In this document: piece by piece, positions 1-11,072 of the stretch
Layout of the letters: each line of letters begins with the position of its first letter
Position numbering within the stretch: position 1 is the stretch's first letter
Assembly (NCBI GenBank): GCA_051453625.1
Contig: JBOZIK010000001.1
Span: 44,123,536 to 44,160,011 of the forward strand
Reading direction: 5' to 3'
DNA length: 36,476 bases
Source: Welwitschia mirabilis
Taxonomy: Eukaryota
The notes under the pieces: generated by a model
What the model saw: only the letters and a program-made list of their open reading frames with translations
What the model was told of the DNA's origin: nothing
The model's database searches: none
Program-made: the position numbers and the translations under genes

Positions 1-46
1 TTAAAGGATCCATAGGAGCTCCCTGACCACCTTCCCCTTTCTAACC

Positions 47-100
47 AAAAAAAGGGGGAAAAAAGAAAATAAAAAAGAAAGAAGAAAAGAAAGAAAGAAG
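47..100 (+). repeat. A/AG-rich low-complexity tract (possible decayed retroelement poly(A) tail)
   Basis: aaaaaaagggggaaaaaagaaaataaaaaagaaagaagaaaagaaagaaagaag. Confidence 0.5.
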
Positions 101-847
101 ACAAACCTATGTAATATCTGTTACAGTAGAAATTATGGATATCTTTATATGTTCTAAACTTAGATTATATTCCTTGTAGGCATTATTTTTTCTTTATTTT
201 TTGAAAATGTGAGTTCATGACAAATTGTTTTGAACTTGCTAAGATTACTAGTTTACTTAGTCAGATAGAAATCCATTATGGCCCTAACTCATAAGTAAAT
301 CTCTAAGTCATGCTTGTGATTTACACCCAAGACATCATAATCCATGCATAGGTATATCTTGAATACATGGATACATTTATTTGTCATTTGAATATTCATT
401 TTTAGAAGTGGAAATTAAACCCTTAACAATTTATTTCATTAAAAGTTTAAAGTTCAACCATAGACATATTACTTGATTCTTTATTTGGACATAGGAAAAA
501 GTAAGATAGATCTATTTCAAACAAGTAAATTTTTGGGGACATTTTATATTTACATTATTATTTTAGTTTTTACTTTTATAGTTTATTAATTCTAAAATAA
601 CCTCATTTAGCCTAGAAAACTAGTGATCTAGTGATATGAAAATTGGCTTGTGGTTTGTATTAATGTGTTCAAAGAAAACCGAGGTGCAAGCTCTAATGTT
701 TTATGTATGAAATAGAGATTAGACATAAACATTTGATGGCTAACTCCTATATTAACAAGAATGATCCATAGGTTTCCATTCGGTTAGGTAAAATAATGAT
801 CGTAACAAGCGCAATATTGTTTCCCATGCACTAATTTATTTAAAAAA

Positions 848-986
848 TTAGAATAAAGATGACATAAGTCCTTCAAAAAAATGTATGCAACAATAATTTG
901 AGAAACTTATGAAAAGTTAGAATAAAAAATAACATAAGTCCTTCAAAAAAATCTATGCAACAATAATTTGAGAAACTTGTGAAGAA
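848..986 (+). repeat. Tandem duplication, 2 x ~70 bp
   Basis: ttagaataaa...acataagtccttcaaaaaaat(g/c)tatgcaacaataatttgagaaactt occurs at 848 and 917, near-identical. Confidence 0.9.
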
Positions 987-999
987 TTTCAAAAACTAT

Positions 1000-1950
1000 C
1001 TTCAGGGAAGGTAATAAATGCAAAAGGCTTATATGAAGAATGTTAAAGTGGGAGGTATCTCATTTTTTAGAAGTAGTATGGAAGAATCTTAATCATGCTT
1101 TAAAATTTGAATTGGAGAAAAAGCCATGAATTAATAAGAATAATGTATTGTTTAAGAAAAGAAAAAAACAAATTCTAATAATTATATATTCATTACAGTG
1201 AATAATGTTATTACAAAACTCATGGAAACTATCCTTAAAGCAAGGGTTAATAGATGAATAAAGAAGGGTAAACCCTAGGCAATGTCTAGAGAAGACTCAT
1301 GGGAATGTAATTCTATAGTAGGTTATCTTATCATCTTCAAGCATCTCATTGACAAAGGTAAAGGGCCAAATGAAAAGATAGTTATTTGTTTTATAGACTT
1401 CTCTAAAGTGTATGAGTCAATCATTAAGAATAAATTTTAACAACAATTAGAAAATATAAGAAATTTCACAACCTTACTCTTTGTAATTTAGACTCTATAT
1501 AAGGAGGTATATATCGAATTCACATATATCATTTCTCAAGAAAGTATAATGTTTCATATTTCTATTAGTGTTAAGCTAGATTACTCATTTTCTCCTACAC
1601 TTTTTGGAATTTTCATTAATGAATTAGAGGCTTAGATAAATAAAATCTCCTTTAATCATTCTGTATGAGTAGGAGACTATCTTTTAAACCTCTTTCTCTG
1701 TACAAAGGATGTGGTAATGATTTCTAAAATAAAGCAATATTTATAGAATATAGTGCATATTTTGAATGAATTTTCTCATAGGTTTGGAATGTATATTAAT
1801 GTTCAAAAAACCAAAGACATGGCTATGACATGTGTAATGCTCATTTCAATTTTTGAATAGGAAATGAATAGGTTGAAACTATTTCTTGCTATACATACTT
1901 GAGTTTGAAATGTTATGATAATTATACATGCGACAAGTGCATCACTTAGA
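1000..1950 (+). mobile_element. Decayed non-LTR retrotransposon (LINE, RTE/RTEX-like) reverse transcriptase fragment
   Basis: One frame with scattered stops gives RT motifs in order: SNNYIFITVNNVITKL (~1174), YLIIFKHLIDK, VICFIDFSKVYESI (1381; cf. CFVDFxKAFDSV), ISVKLDYSFSPTLFGIFINELE (1564; cf. GVKQGCPLSPTLF), LFLCTKDVVMIS (1690; decayed YADD), GMYINVQKTKDM. After a frameshift comes YTYLSL (cf. YKYLG). Confidence 0.85.
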
Positions 1951-4395
1951 GGTTATTATATTTATGAAATCCTTATTATCCTTAAAAAGCAAATCGCAAA
2001 TTAGATTTAAAAAAAAAAAGAAAGAGGTAACCTTATAATTGAAATATTTGCCAAACTCTAAGAATCATTACATATGAACTCTTTCAAGCTCATTCCATGT
2101 ACATTCATTCCTCCCAAACAGAGGATAGCTTGTTTCATTAGATTTTGCCAGATAGGACACATAATTAGATTTGGAAATAATTAATAATTCTATACTAAAA
2201 AATAAAACAATTAAAACTTGAAATGAAAAAAGGAAAAAGTAAATGAAACTTTAGTTTATAATTTGCTTTCCTTTGTTTTTTTCTCTTTTTTAGCCTTTCT
2301 TTGAAATTTTTAATTTATATACTACAAAGCTCTACAAGTCCTTTCCATCACTATTATTCTGAAGATGTTTTAAAATGTTTTATTTATTATTTTTTTAAAG
2401 ATTTGCTTTCAGGATTTTTTTAGACATTTAATGAGAATGATTTTATTTGAAGATGAGAAAGAAACAAAGATCTAAACAAGGAGGAAATCTCAATCAATCA
2501 AGAGAGAAAATTACTTTTAAACAATAATATTACCTATTGTGTCTAATATGGAAAAGAATATTTTATATTATTTACTTGAAAATATATATTCTTACTATGG
2601 CATATCATCCATAACCCTAATTTTAATGGGAAATTTTACCTCTCAAATTCGATCCTTAAAGAATTTTTAATAATTTCATTTCACATATCACATTTGAAAG
2701 GTTATTGGGTTTTCTTATACAAAGAAAGCTTGTGGAACAAAGTTTTTTCATCTTGGACGATATCACCTTTGATAGTATTATCATAATGAGGATGACTACA
2801 CATTTCTTCTTTCCAATAAATCCTTGGGGTCTTGATGATTGTAATTTAATAGCAAAAAAGAAAGGAAAAGGAAAAAAATTCAATTTCAATTGATATTTTT
2901 AGTTACACCATGATCTCATATAAATATCATCTACATTGTTTTAGAGGAATATTAGACCCAAAACAAAATAACTTTTTATATTGAAATGAAACAAAATATA
3001 TCAAACAGAGTTTATTAAGTTGTCATAGGAGAGAACTTGTCCTAACAATCCACTAAATAAAAGTAAAAAATATGAAGCTTGAAAGATAAGAAAGTTAATA
3101 AAAATTAAATTTGGTATACATAGGTAGCAAACTTTTGGATGAGAAATTTTGCTGATGTGTAATAATCCAAGCTACATAGTAAGTTAAAATATCGATTTGA
3201 CACACTTTAAAACTCCATGTGAGAACCATCTTGGTGATAGTGTTATAATAAAGAGCGAAGCCAATTACTAAAACAATTCCATTTGAGATTAATGTCATTT
3301 CAAAGGAAAGCAAAATGCATATTGAGAGTGCGTCTATTTCAATTTTAAAAAATGATAACGTTTGACGCCTGCTCTTTCAAAAATTTTATAAGAGCAGTGA
3401 CAAAGTGGGAACGGGAGGGGCACCGTCAAAAGCACTTGAGACATAGAGTGCCTGCCTTGGGAAGGGGCACCATAAACAGAAGGTTCCGCAGAGGGGAGGA
3501 GTGGCAACGCAAACGAATCAGCTAAAATCAATAATAAAAATTTAACGTTTTGTAGTTGAAGATTTTCTGTAACTGAAAGGCCGAACAAAATCGAGCTTAG
3601 GAACAACCCACTAAGGAAACGCGAATTCGGATCCATGCAACGATACGTTCAAGAAATTGGATTATATTATTAATATGTGGATGCAACTGCTTTCTTGGTT
3701 CTCACTTCTCACCATACAGGGGCAGTGCTGCCCTGCGACTGCCTTTTACAAGCCTACTGACATGTAAGGGAAAGCGAGGCGCATAGATTGATAAAAAGTT
3801 GTAAACTGTACACTTGCTTTTGTCGACTAGCGAGGGACATGTCAACTACGCTACGAGACAAACAGACAAGAATGCTCGTTCACTGTCTTCTCGTTAAAGC
3901 CTACACCACTACCACAGGAAATTTCGCGTTCAAAAACAGTGGCAACTTGCTGTAAGGATAGTCGGCCTGCAGCCTGCCGGTACACCACCTCTTTCCTTGC
4001 TCCCTACCTCGGCCATTAACATAACACATCTTACTTTATTATTTCTAGTGGCTCTAGGTAGCAGTTAATCTCAAGTTGATGGGAAACCCTGCCGAAAACA
4101 GCAGAGCCAGAGAACAAGACCTCAGACAGCCCACCGCGACTACCCAAAATGGAACTCGGATCGAATGGAAGCCTAAGTCTGCCTCTGCCCACGTTTTCTG
4201 CCAAGTCATTCTAACACCCGCAAACAAGGTTTCACGGTATCAGTATCCCCTTCATCGGTAGCCATACATCTATTGTACATGCATCATACACATGACACGG
4301 AATGGTAAACATGAAGGGACGGCTGTGTAACTGTTTATGGGCCCTCCCTACTTTACCTTTATATAGGTAGTGAGCATATATTTATGATATGCATA

Positions 4396-4405
4396 CATGC
4401 ATGCA
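4396..4405 (+). promoter_or_regulatory. RY element (CATGCATGCA), B3-domain ABI3/FUS3/VAL-type site
   Basis: Exact CATGCATGCA; further CATGCA/TGCATG at 3634, 4278 and 5048 upstream of the gene. Confidence 0.35.
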
Positions 4406-6354
4406 CGAATGATTTTTTTGGACAAAAGAGCTAGGGCTGATGTTGACGAACGAGACAGCCGGGCTTTGCATCACAGCTAACTTAACATTTATTAATTATC
4501 CATCCACCTGTTTTTCACGCCATGTGTGTTGTATGGTTGAAAACAAGTGAAAACTAGCAAATATTTCAGGCTCAAATTTGTAGGAAATCATTTCCCCCTT
4601 TCGAGAGTGGGGACATGGAAATTGGATGGTAAAGGGTAGGATATTATTCACGAATGTATCATGTCTCCATCCATCCATCACCGTCATGTTAACGATCAAC
4701 ACTCTTTACTATACTGTTCGTATACCTCCATGACTGTATCTATGATTTCTGCTTCGTTTTCATTACCCTGAGTACATGTTTCCTTGTAAACATGTTTGTT
4801 TATTTTTAAAGAATATTAATATTTCATGTGAATTGCAAAACACGTTTCTCGGTGGCTACAATCACCATAAAAAGGCATCCGGTTCACTCTAGCCCAGAGC
4901 AGAAGTGGTAGTCACTGACGAGTGAGTCAATCTGCAATCGAGAGGAATCAGAAAAAGAGAGGGAGTAAACTAAAATGGTGAAGCCTCGAACATAAAGGCT
5001 GAGTTTACTTAAGAGTACAAACCATAAAATAAAATCAAAAGCAGATTTGCATGAGATCGTGTTGGAAGGCATTGGCATCTTAGTTCTTTAGGATTGTACT
5101 GTTGAAACAGAAGGCCGTAGCACTAGCAATAGCAGAGTGCCAGTCTGCGTCTGGATCCGACTCTTGTGGACCTGCTCTGCTGGTCTTCTCATTTCCTTAT
5201 CTGTGAGGGTGCGAATGGGACTCGGAGAAACTGTTCCCAGCAGGGCCTTCCAAACATCAAACCGGCGTCGGGCGAAGATTGGTGATGCACGCCGTTCCTA
5301 TTAAGGTAGAAAGCGTTTCATTTTCATTCCATGGCTGGTCTCGCTAGCGCTATGTTGTTTCCTCTCTTTTAAAATTGCTTATAGTTTCCGTGGAGGCTCG
5401 AACAGTACTTCCTCGAAACCTCTTCGTTCCTCTGCACCGTGGAAACGATGAAGATGGTGTCTAATGTAGGCGATGCGAGGGGCAAAGGATAGATGGTTGA
5501 TCACTTTATTCGTTCCTTTCCAGATGCTCACACTATTAGTTTTAGGCTTGAAGGCGGATGTTGTGCTTTCCTTGCTCCGCGAAGCCATATGTCGTTTCCG
5601 TTATGTGTGTGTTCATGAACCTCTTTAAATCATCTACCGGTCACTCTATTTCCTTCGGTTTGTGTTGGACAGCCTAAAGTCCTCGGCTCTCTCTACATCT
5701 CCGATGACCTATGCGTCTTATTGATTTCCATCTCCTTCCACAGCTTAGACGCTGAATACTTGAAACCCTCCTCACAAGAATCTATCAATCCTCTTTGTTT
5801 TTTATAATCAAGTCGTTTCTCTTCTTTTAAATCTCTACCTCTAGTCTACGTGATACTCGAGTTAATGAAAGGAATCTGCATCATAAGCTGGACAAATTTT
5901 GTGTATCATATGCTTAACGCGTCCTTGAAATGCCTGTGCCTTTGGACATTTTAACAAGCGTAACCGGATGACCTAGAGACTAAAGCGGAAGCAGGGTAAT
6001 TCAGGGAAAGGACCGACCCGTACGTCGTATGAAAGTACATTCCTCTTTTAAAGTTACCGCTTCAACGAGATGGTTAAAGGTCTTCTCGATTGTAGTAGTT
6101 TCAGTTTCTTGCGGCTTCAGCTGTGTTCAGCTTTTAATTTTCAGAAAAAGTTTTTGTCAGAGGCTCTTCTAGGGACTCATCAAAATGCCCATCATAGACC
6201 TGCTTTGTTTTAACTTTTGTTTTCTTTTGCAGCGATTCCGTCTCGTAAAATTCTCAGGAAAGCCGGTGTTATTGGATATTGCTGGCGTTGCATATGATTC
6301 TATTCCTTCAGGATCCGCAGTCACAAGATTTTTCCCTCACAAAGAGGAACCGTA

Positions 6355-7137
6355 ATGAATAGCAGTAATTTATTATCTTTCTCTGCCGAAACGGAGAGCC
6401 TAGGCCTGGATAGAACGACGGGCGCTAATTTCCTGCAGATGCTGGAAGGAATCTCGAGAGACAAAGAAGGTGGTGTCATTCGGTGTGAGATAGAGTCAAA
6501 GTTAGCAGTATTAGAAGAGCTAGATCAACAACACAAGCCCTGGCAGCACGGCTTTCAGCAACTGCTAAACTTCCCCCTCTCCATGGACGAGGATTCTCTG
6601 CTTCTTCATATGGCAAATCAGCACTCTACAACACACTACCTTCCCACAATAAATCCCGGAGATTTGGAGCACAACTCCTCAGTCACAGTCCAGCATCTCC
6701 AGCAGCAGCCTGTTGAGCTAGAAAGCTGCATAACACACGTCTCCGAATCGTGCTCTCATCGGAAGAACGACAACGAAAACGAGACCGAGATTGGCAAGGA
6801 GTATCTCTCAAGCTCAGAAGCTCCAGAAGAGGGCATTACTTCTACTATTTACGATCCTCATAATTCCAGCTTTGCCTTGACGTCTTCGCCTGAGGCACCC
6901 GGGGTAACCACCATAGGCATGGGCAGTGGCAGCGGTGGCATTATGAAGGGGGGCGGCAGTAATACCGGTGAGAATAGAGAACGCAGAAAGAGAAAGCGCT
7001 CAAAGGCCTGCAAGAACAGCGAAGAGGTCGAAAGCCAACGAATGACACACATTGCTGTCGAGCGAAATCGGCGGAAGCAAATGAACGAGCATCTTGCAGT
7101 TCTTCGCTCGCTCATGCCCGGTTCCTACATCCAGCGG
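6355..7137 (+). CDS. bHLH Ia gene coding exon 1 (N-terminus, basic region, helix 1)
   Basis: ORF 6355+ up to ...YIQR followed by GT at 7138; in-frame TGA upstream at 6295. Confidence 0.9.
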
Positions 7138-7936
7138 GTCTCTGCTAGATTTTGAATTATCGTTTTAGAATCGGATTTAAGTATTTCATCATTATTAAAA
7201 TTAAAGGCACGCATTTTGATGGATTTGCTTTCGATATTGTTTTATACACAGGGAGATCAGGCATCCATAATAGGAGGAGCCATAGACTACGTGAAGGAGC
7301 TAGAACAGCTACTACAGTCTCTTCAGGCACAAAAGCGGAAGAAGGAATGCGAAGAGCAAGGGATCAGTCCCAGTTCCACACCCACCCCGTTCAGTGGCTT
7401 CTTCCTATCACCTCAGTACACTGCCTTCACCCATCAGCAACAGCAGCAACATCGCCACCACCATCGATCTTCCACTTGCTCTTCCTCCTCCTCGTACAAC
7501 ACTAATACTGAGGAGTCCAATGAAGTAAGCGCCGAAAACAAGTCAGCAGTGGCTGACATAGAAGTAACGATGATCGAGACTCACGCGACTATCAAAATTC
7601 TTTCGGAGAAACGACCCGCACAGCTTCTCAGGACCATCGTCGCACTACAGGCCCTCCATCTTACTATACTGCATCTCAATATCACAACCATCGACGATAC
7701 TGTCCTCTACTCTCTCAACGTCAAGGTAAATTAATCATCGGCGATGAATTCCATATACGACGCATCGTCATTGTTGGCAACATACATTTTGCTCGTTTTC
7801 AAATTAACAAAAACTCTGAATTTTAATTGGGTGTCAGATTGAAGAGGAGTGCCAGATGACGTCGGCTGACGAAATTGCCGCGGCAGTGCACCACATATTT
7901 GACATGATTCTCTCCTCCACAGCTAAAAGTCGGTGA
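6355..7936 (+). CDS. bHLH transcription factor, subgroup Ia (FAMA/SPCH/MUTE clade; bHLH57/67/70-like) with C-terminal ACT-like (SMF) domain; join(6355..7137,7252..7725,7838..7936), 451 aa
   Basis: [66 protein letters not shown] is the Ia bHLH signature. N-terminal NFLQML and ELESCITH motifs, [11 protein letters not shown], and [19 protein letters not shown]...[12 protein letters not shown]...[29 protein letters not shown]. Two phase-0 GT-AG introns lie at the positions typical of the subgroup. The start codon is less certain. Confidence 0.95.
7138..7251 (+). other. Intron 1 (114 nt, phase 0)
   Basis: cgg|gtctct...tttatacacag|gga; joins YIQR to GDQAS, the conserved bHLH Ia junction. Confidence 0.92.
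7252..7725 (+). CDS. bHLH Ia gene coding exon 2 (helix 2, linker, most of ACT-like domain)
   Basis: GDQASIIGG...VLYSLNVK then GTAAAT donor. Confidence 0.93.
7726..7837 (+). other. Intron 2 (112 nt, phase 0)
   Basis: aag|gtaaat...gtgtcag|att. Confidence 0.9.
7838..7936 (+). CDS. bHLH Ia gene coding exon 3 ([32 protein letters not shown])
   Basis: Manual translation matches the conserved Ia C-terminus (xEExCxLTSxDEIAxAVHxI); TGA at 7934-7936. Confidence 0.92.
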   Translation: MEEECQMTSADEIAAAVHHIFDMILSSTAKSR

Positions 7937-8346
7937 CTGCAACTTAAGTTTCAACAATAGCGACACTCCCTTTTGCTTCGGTTTCAAGGGCTGAACAACT
8001 AACTTCTGATCCATGGAACACGAATGCGTTGTGCAAACGCTTACTCCTGGCGTTTCCAGAAAAGCTTCCCTTCACTTGTGTTGAGGCAGTCGAGCAAGGC
8101 AGTACAGTCATATTCCAAGTGAGTGCATCATTCTTCTGTGTTCGGCTACGTCCATGGCCCCGCAATGTTACTTTGTCTTTTGTATGTCTTCCCCATCTGC
8201 ATGTGTATATGTATGTAGCGATTATTTCGTTTGTCTGAGTTCAAGAATTCCCGCTTTTTCGTTTAGTGGTGTACGGACATTACTTCTATCTTGTACGGAT
8301 ACGTTAAGCAGACACTATGGTTACTAAGACGATTGAAAGACATGGA

Positions 8347-8401
8347 GTAAATAATGAGTGGTTTATGTAATAGGTAAATAATGAGGGGTTTATATAAATA
8401 G
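8347..8401 (+). repeat. Tandem duplication, 2 x 27-28 bp; second copy contains TATATAAA
   Basis: gtaaataatgagtggtttatgtaatag / gtaaataatgaggggtttatataaatag. Confidence 0.85.
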
Positions 8402-9859
8402 GTGCGTTCGCCCGCTGGAATAGAGAGAGTGCTTAAAGCTGGAGCTGAGAAAGATAAGGAGTCAGCACGGGCGTTTTGTGGTCAGAAAATGTCTTGTGAA
8501 TCCTCCGCGCCTTGTTGTGTTTCGACATATTGTGTGTTGGGATGACAGAACTGCAACCGCTTCGATGTCTGAACCCGGCCATCCATTTATCTGGGGTTGA
8601 GGCATACATTTTTTTGTAATTCATCTCCCTTTGTTTTTCCCACCATGGGATTCAGCATTTTTAACAATTATTTTATTTTTGATGCCAATTTCCAACATGA
8701 AAGCGTTTAAAATTTGAATTATTTGTTTATGAAACTTCGATAGATGCGTTATTGAGAATGGTATAAAAGTGACATAGGTTTTGAATGAACAATTCGCTTG
8801 CGAAAAATGGAGCATTTCACCGTGCGTTGCAAGCAGCAAAAACAACTTACCACTGCTTGAGAGCGACTGGGCAATTTAAGGGGAAGTGTTGGCAAGACTT
8901 TGTCAAACACTATAAATTTCCTTTAGTTTCTGCAAAAGATGAGCCAAACTGGCTGATTGCGATGTACAGAGGAAAGATTCTTCCCAAAGATTGCAATTAT
9001 AATGATGGTGCGGAGTTGTCTGTCATCTTTCTCGCGGATTTTCACAAAGATTTCGACGCTTAGCCTGGGACTCTAGGGTAGACCGACGCAAAGATATTTT
9101 AAAAACGAAGTGAGGTGGCTCTTTCAAAATGTTCTAGCAGTCCACCAATAGCAAAATAGTTCGGAAGGCAGGTGGCCGATGGCGACAGTGACTCTAACGC
9201 GACATTTATGGGTCCAACGTTCAGGCTCTGACTTATCTCTCGGTCTTCTGTTGTCTAATTCTTCCCATCCAGCGGTGATATCTTTTATGTGGTTCCCCAT
9301 GTAATGGTGATATCTGTTATGGCCTTATTCGTCCTTTTTTAAATTCTCTCATGAAGGTTGAATGAAAAGCACCACGATCAACTTAGGGTAAGAGAAATAG
9401 AAAGTCCTCAAGCTCTCCTTACATTCACGGCTGACACAGCATCGACGCAAAATTTTAGTAAAGGATTAGATGAAAATAAGTGAAAATAAGCACGTAATCG
9501 AAGGACCATAAACAAAATTTTAGTAGAACAGTTGCACAGAGGGCCACTAGCAAAGAAAGGAAATTGATATATGACAAAGTGGTTTCCAATACCTTGCCAA
9601 ACTAGGGAAAATGATCAAACAATGTCATTGCATTAAGATTTGTCCTAATTTATAGACATGGTTTAATATTAGTATATTGAATCTAGCCATAATTCTTTAA
9701 GATTCCAGAATCTTCTAGTAATTTTAAAACTTTTAGAATTCATAATTATTAGAATTTTGTTAAAAAATTTTAACATTCGTAAAATCACTTACGCTCCTAT
9801 GTTAGTGGCATTAAATTAAAAATTACATAAGCATTTTGTTAAGGGGGCTTTTGATGATT

Positions 9860-11072
9860 AACATTTGCATGGATGTGTATGTTGGAAAAGATCTTCATTA
9901 AATCCAATAAATCCTTTTCTTATTGCAAGCCATAATCATAATGAATGATGTTGACATGTAATCTTAGGTCAGCTGGACAAAATAATTAGAAGTTCAAATT
10001 TTTTAATGACATTTGTACAGGCCTTAGTGGTAAATTTTATAAAGGAAATGTTCATCGCATAAGCTTGAAATATATCATGTGTAATGGCAATCCCCTTTTA
10101 CCATCTATACAACACTCCTATCCTACATAACTCCATCGCCTTATCACCCCTCTTCATTCACTTCACCTACCTAAAACTATTGTTACTAATTATTCCTTTT
10201 ACCTTATCCCTTTTCCCATTTCAACAATTGGTAGGAAGGAAAACGAGAAAGGGACCAGCTTGATGTAGAGTTACTATGGAAAATTCAGTTGTGGAATCCC
10301 TTCCATTATTAGAGAACAGTAAAGTGTTGTCCTTGGCATTTCTTCCAGACAACATGGGCATGGAATTTATACATATCATGCTAGATGCAGGCATAGGATT
10401 TCAGAAAACCACTGCTAGTGAAAGATCAATCATCTAACATGTGTTAGTTTCTTCTCATAGTCATGAAACAACATTTCAAGGAACTCTAAAAGGCTCCATT
10501 CTGTCCCCTTCTTAAAATGTAACAAGTGGATTTGTCTTATAGCTCTAAAAGGCACTTCTTTAGTCATCCTATCATGATTATACCCATTTGTAACATACCG
10601 GTGTGAAATAGTTAAGGGTCTTCAACAAGATCACTAAAATGATTAACATCTTTAATCACAAGATCTTTAGTAGGAACAAATTCATTCTGCCATAAATGAG
10701 GCTCAGGATTGCCTTACACTTTCAAACCCTCTTAAAAATGTTCATGTAGTTTGAAATACCAAGCATCCCTATAGAGCCCTTTCTTGAGTCCCATAATGGA
10801 GCTACATGTACGCCCTATTCATAAAGGACATGAAGCACTTGCTTAAGAGGCAAGCCTCTACTCAAATAAACATATTGCTTCTTTGAAGAAATGGCTTGTA
10901 TGATAATTTCCTCTTTGTTAAATGGAATTGTGTAATATTTTCCAACCTTTGACTCACGCCCATTAAGATCAAAGAAAACTGATGGTCCTCCTTTAAATAT
11001 TCTCTGAAAAATATTTAGAAAAATAGAGCTATGCTGTTGGTGGCCTAAATTGCACTTCTAAAGGAAGCAACT
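9860..11072 (-). pseudogene. Decayed ORF (~400 codons) whose N-terminal half has HAD-superfamily FCP1/NIF (CTD-phosphatase-like) motifs; probably TE-borne
   Basis: Minus-strand translation with few stops/frameshifts: VFFDLNG (DLNG 10970-10959) ... VYLSRG...VHVAPLWDSR (WDS 10793-10785) ... KDLVIKDV ... IIMI/DD (10581-10563) ... NP ... LLEFLEML (10492-10469). Confidence 0.4.

Larger units (their letters stand above)
3330..9550. promoter_or_regulatory. CpG-rich, higher-GC island spanning promoter, gene body and 3' flank of the bHLH gene
   Basis: CG dinucleotides are frequent from ~3330 to ~9550 and scarce in the flanking TE DNA; borders judged by eye. Confidence 0.7.

Noticed and set aside
3623-3634. 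Adjacent EcoRI and BamHI sites (GAATTCGGATCC), like a cloning polylinker
   Set aside because: Only 12-13 bp with no other vector sequence around it; compatible with chance
2656-5588. Short ORFs of 61-100 aa upstream of the bHLH gene
   Set aside because: No recognisable motifs, many non-ATG starts, lengths expected by chance
6858-7505. ORFs 6858-7115 (-) and 7152-7505 (+)
   Set aside because: Antisense and alternative-frame shadows of the bHLH exons
6355-7936. Assigning the symbol FAMA, SPCH or MUTE
   Set aside because: No LxCxE or FAMA N-terminal block, no SPCH MAPK-target insert, and a long N-terminus unlike MUTE
8421-8570. miR156/miR535-like fragments (gagagagtgc, tgacagaa)
   Set aside because: Matches are under 10 nt and no convincing precursor hairpin is visible
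8785-9063. 92-aa ORF downstream of the gene
   Set aside because: No recognisable domain or splice context; kept only as part of the 3' island
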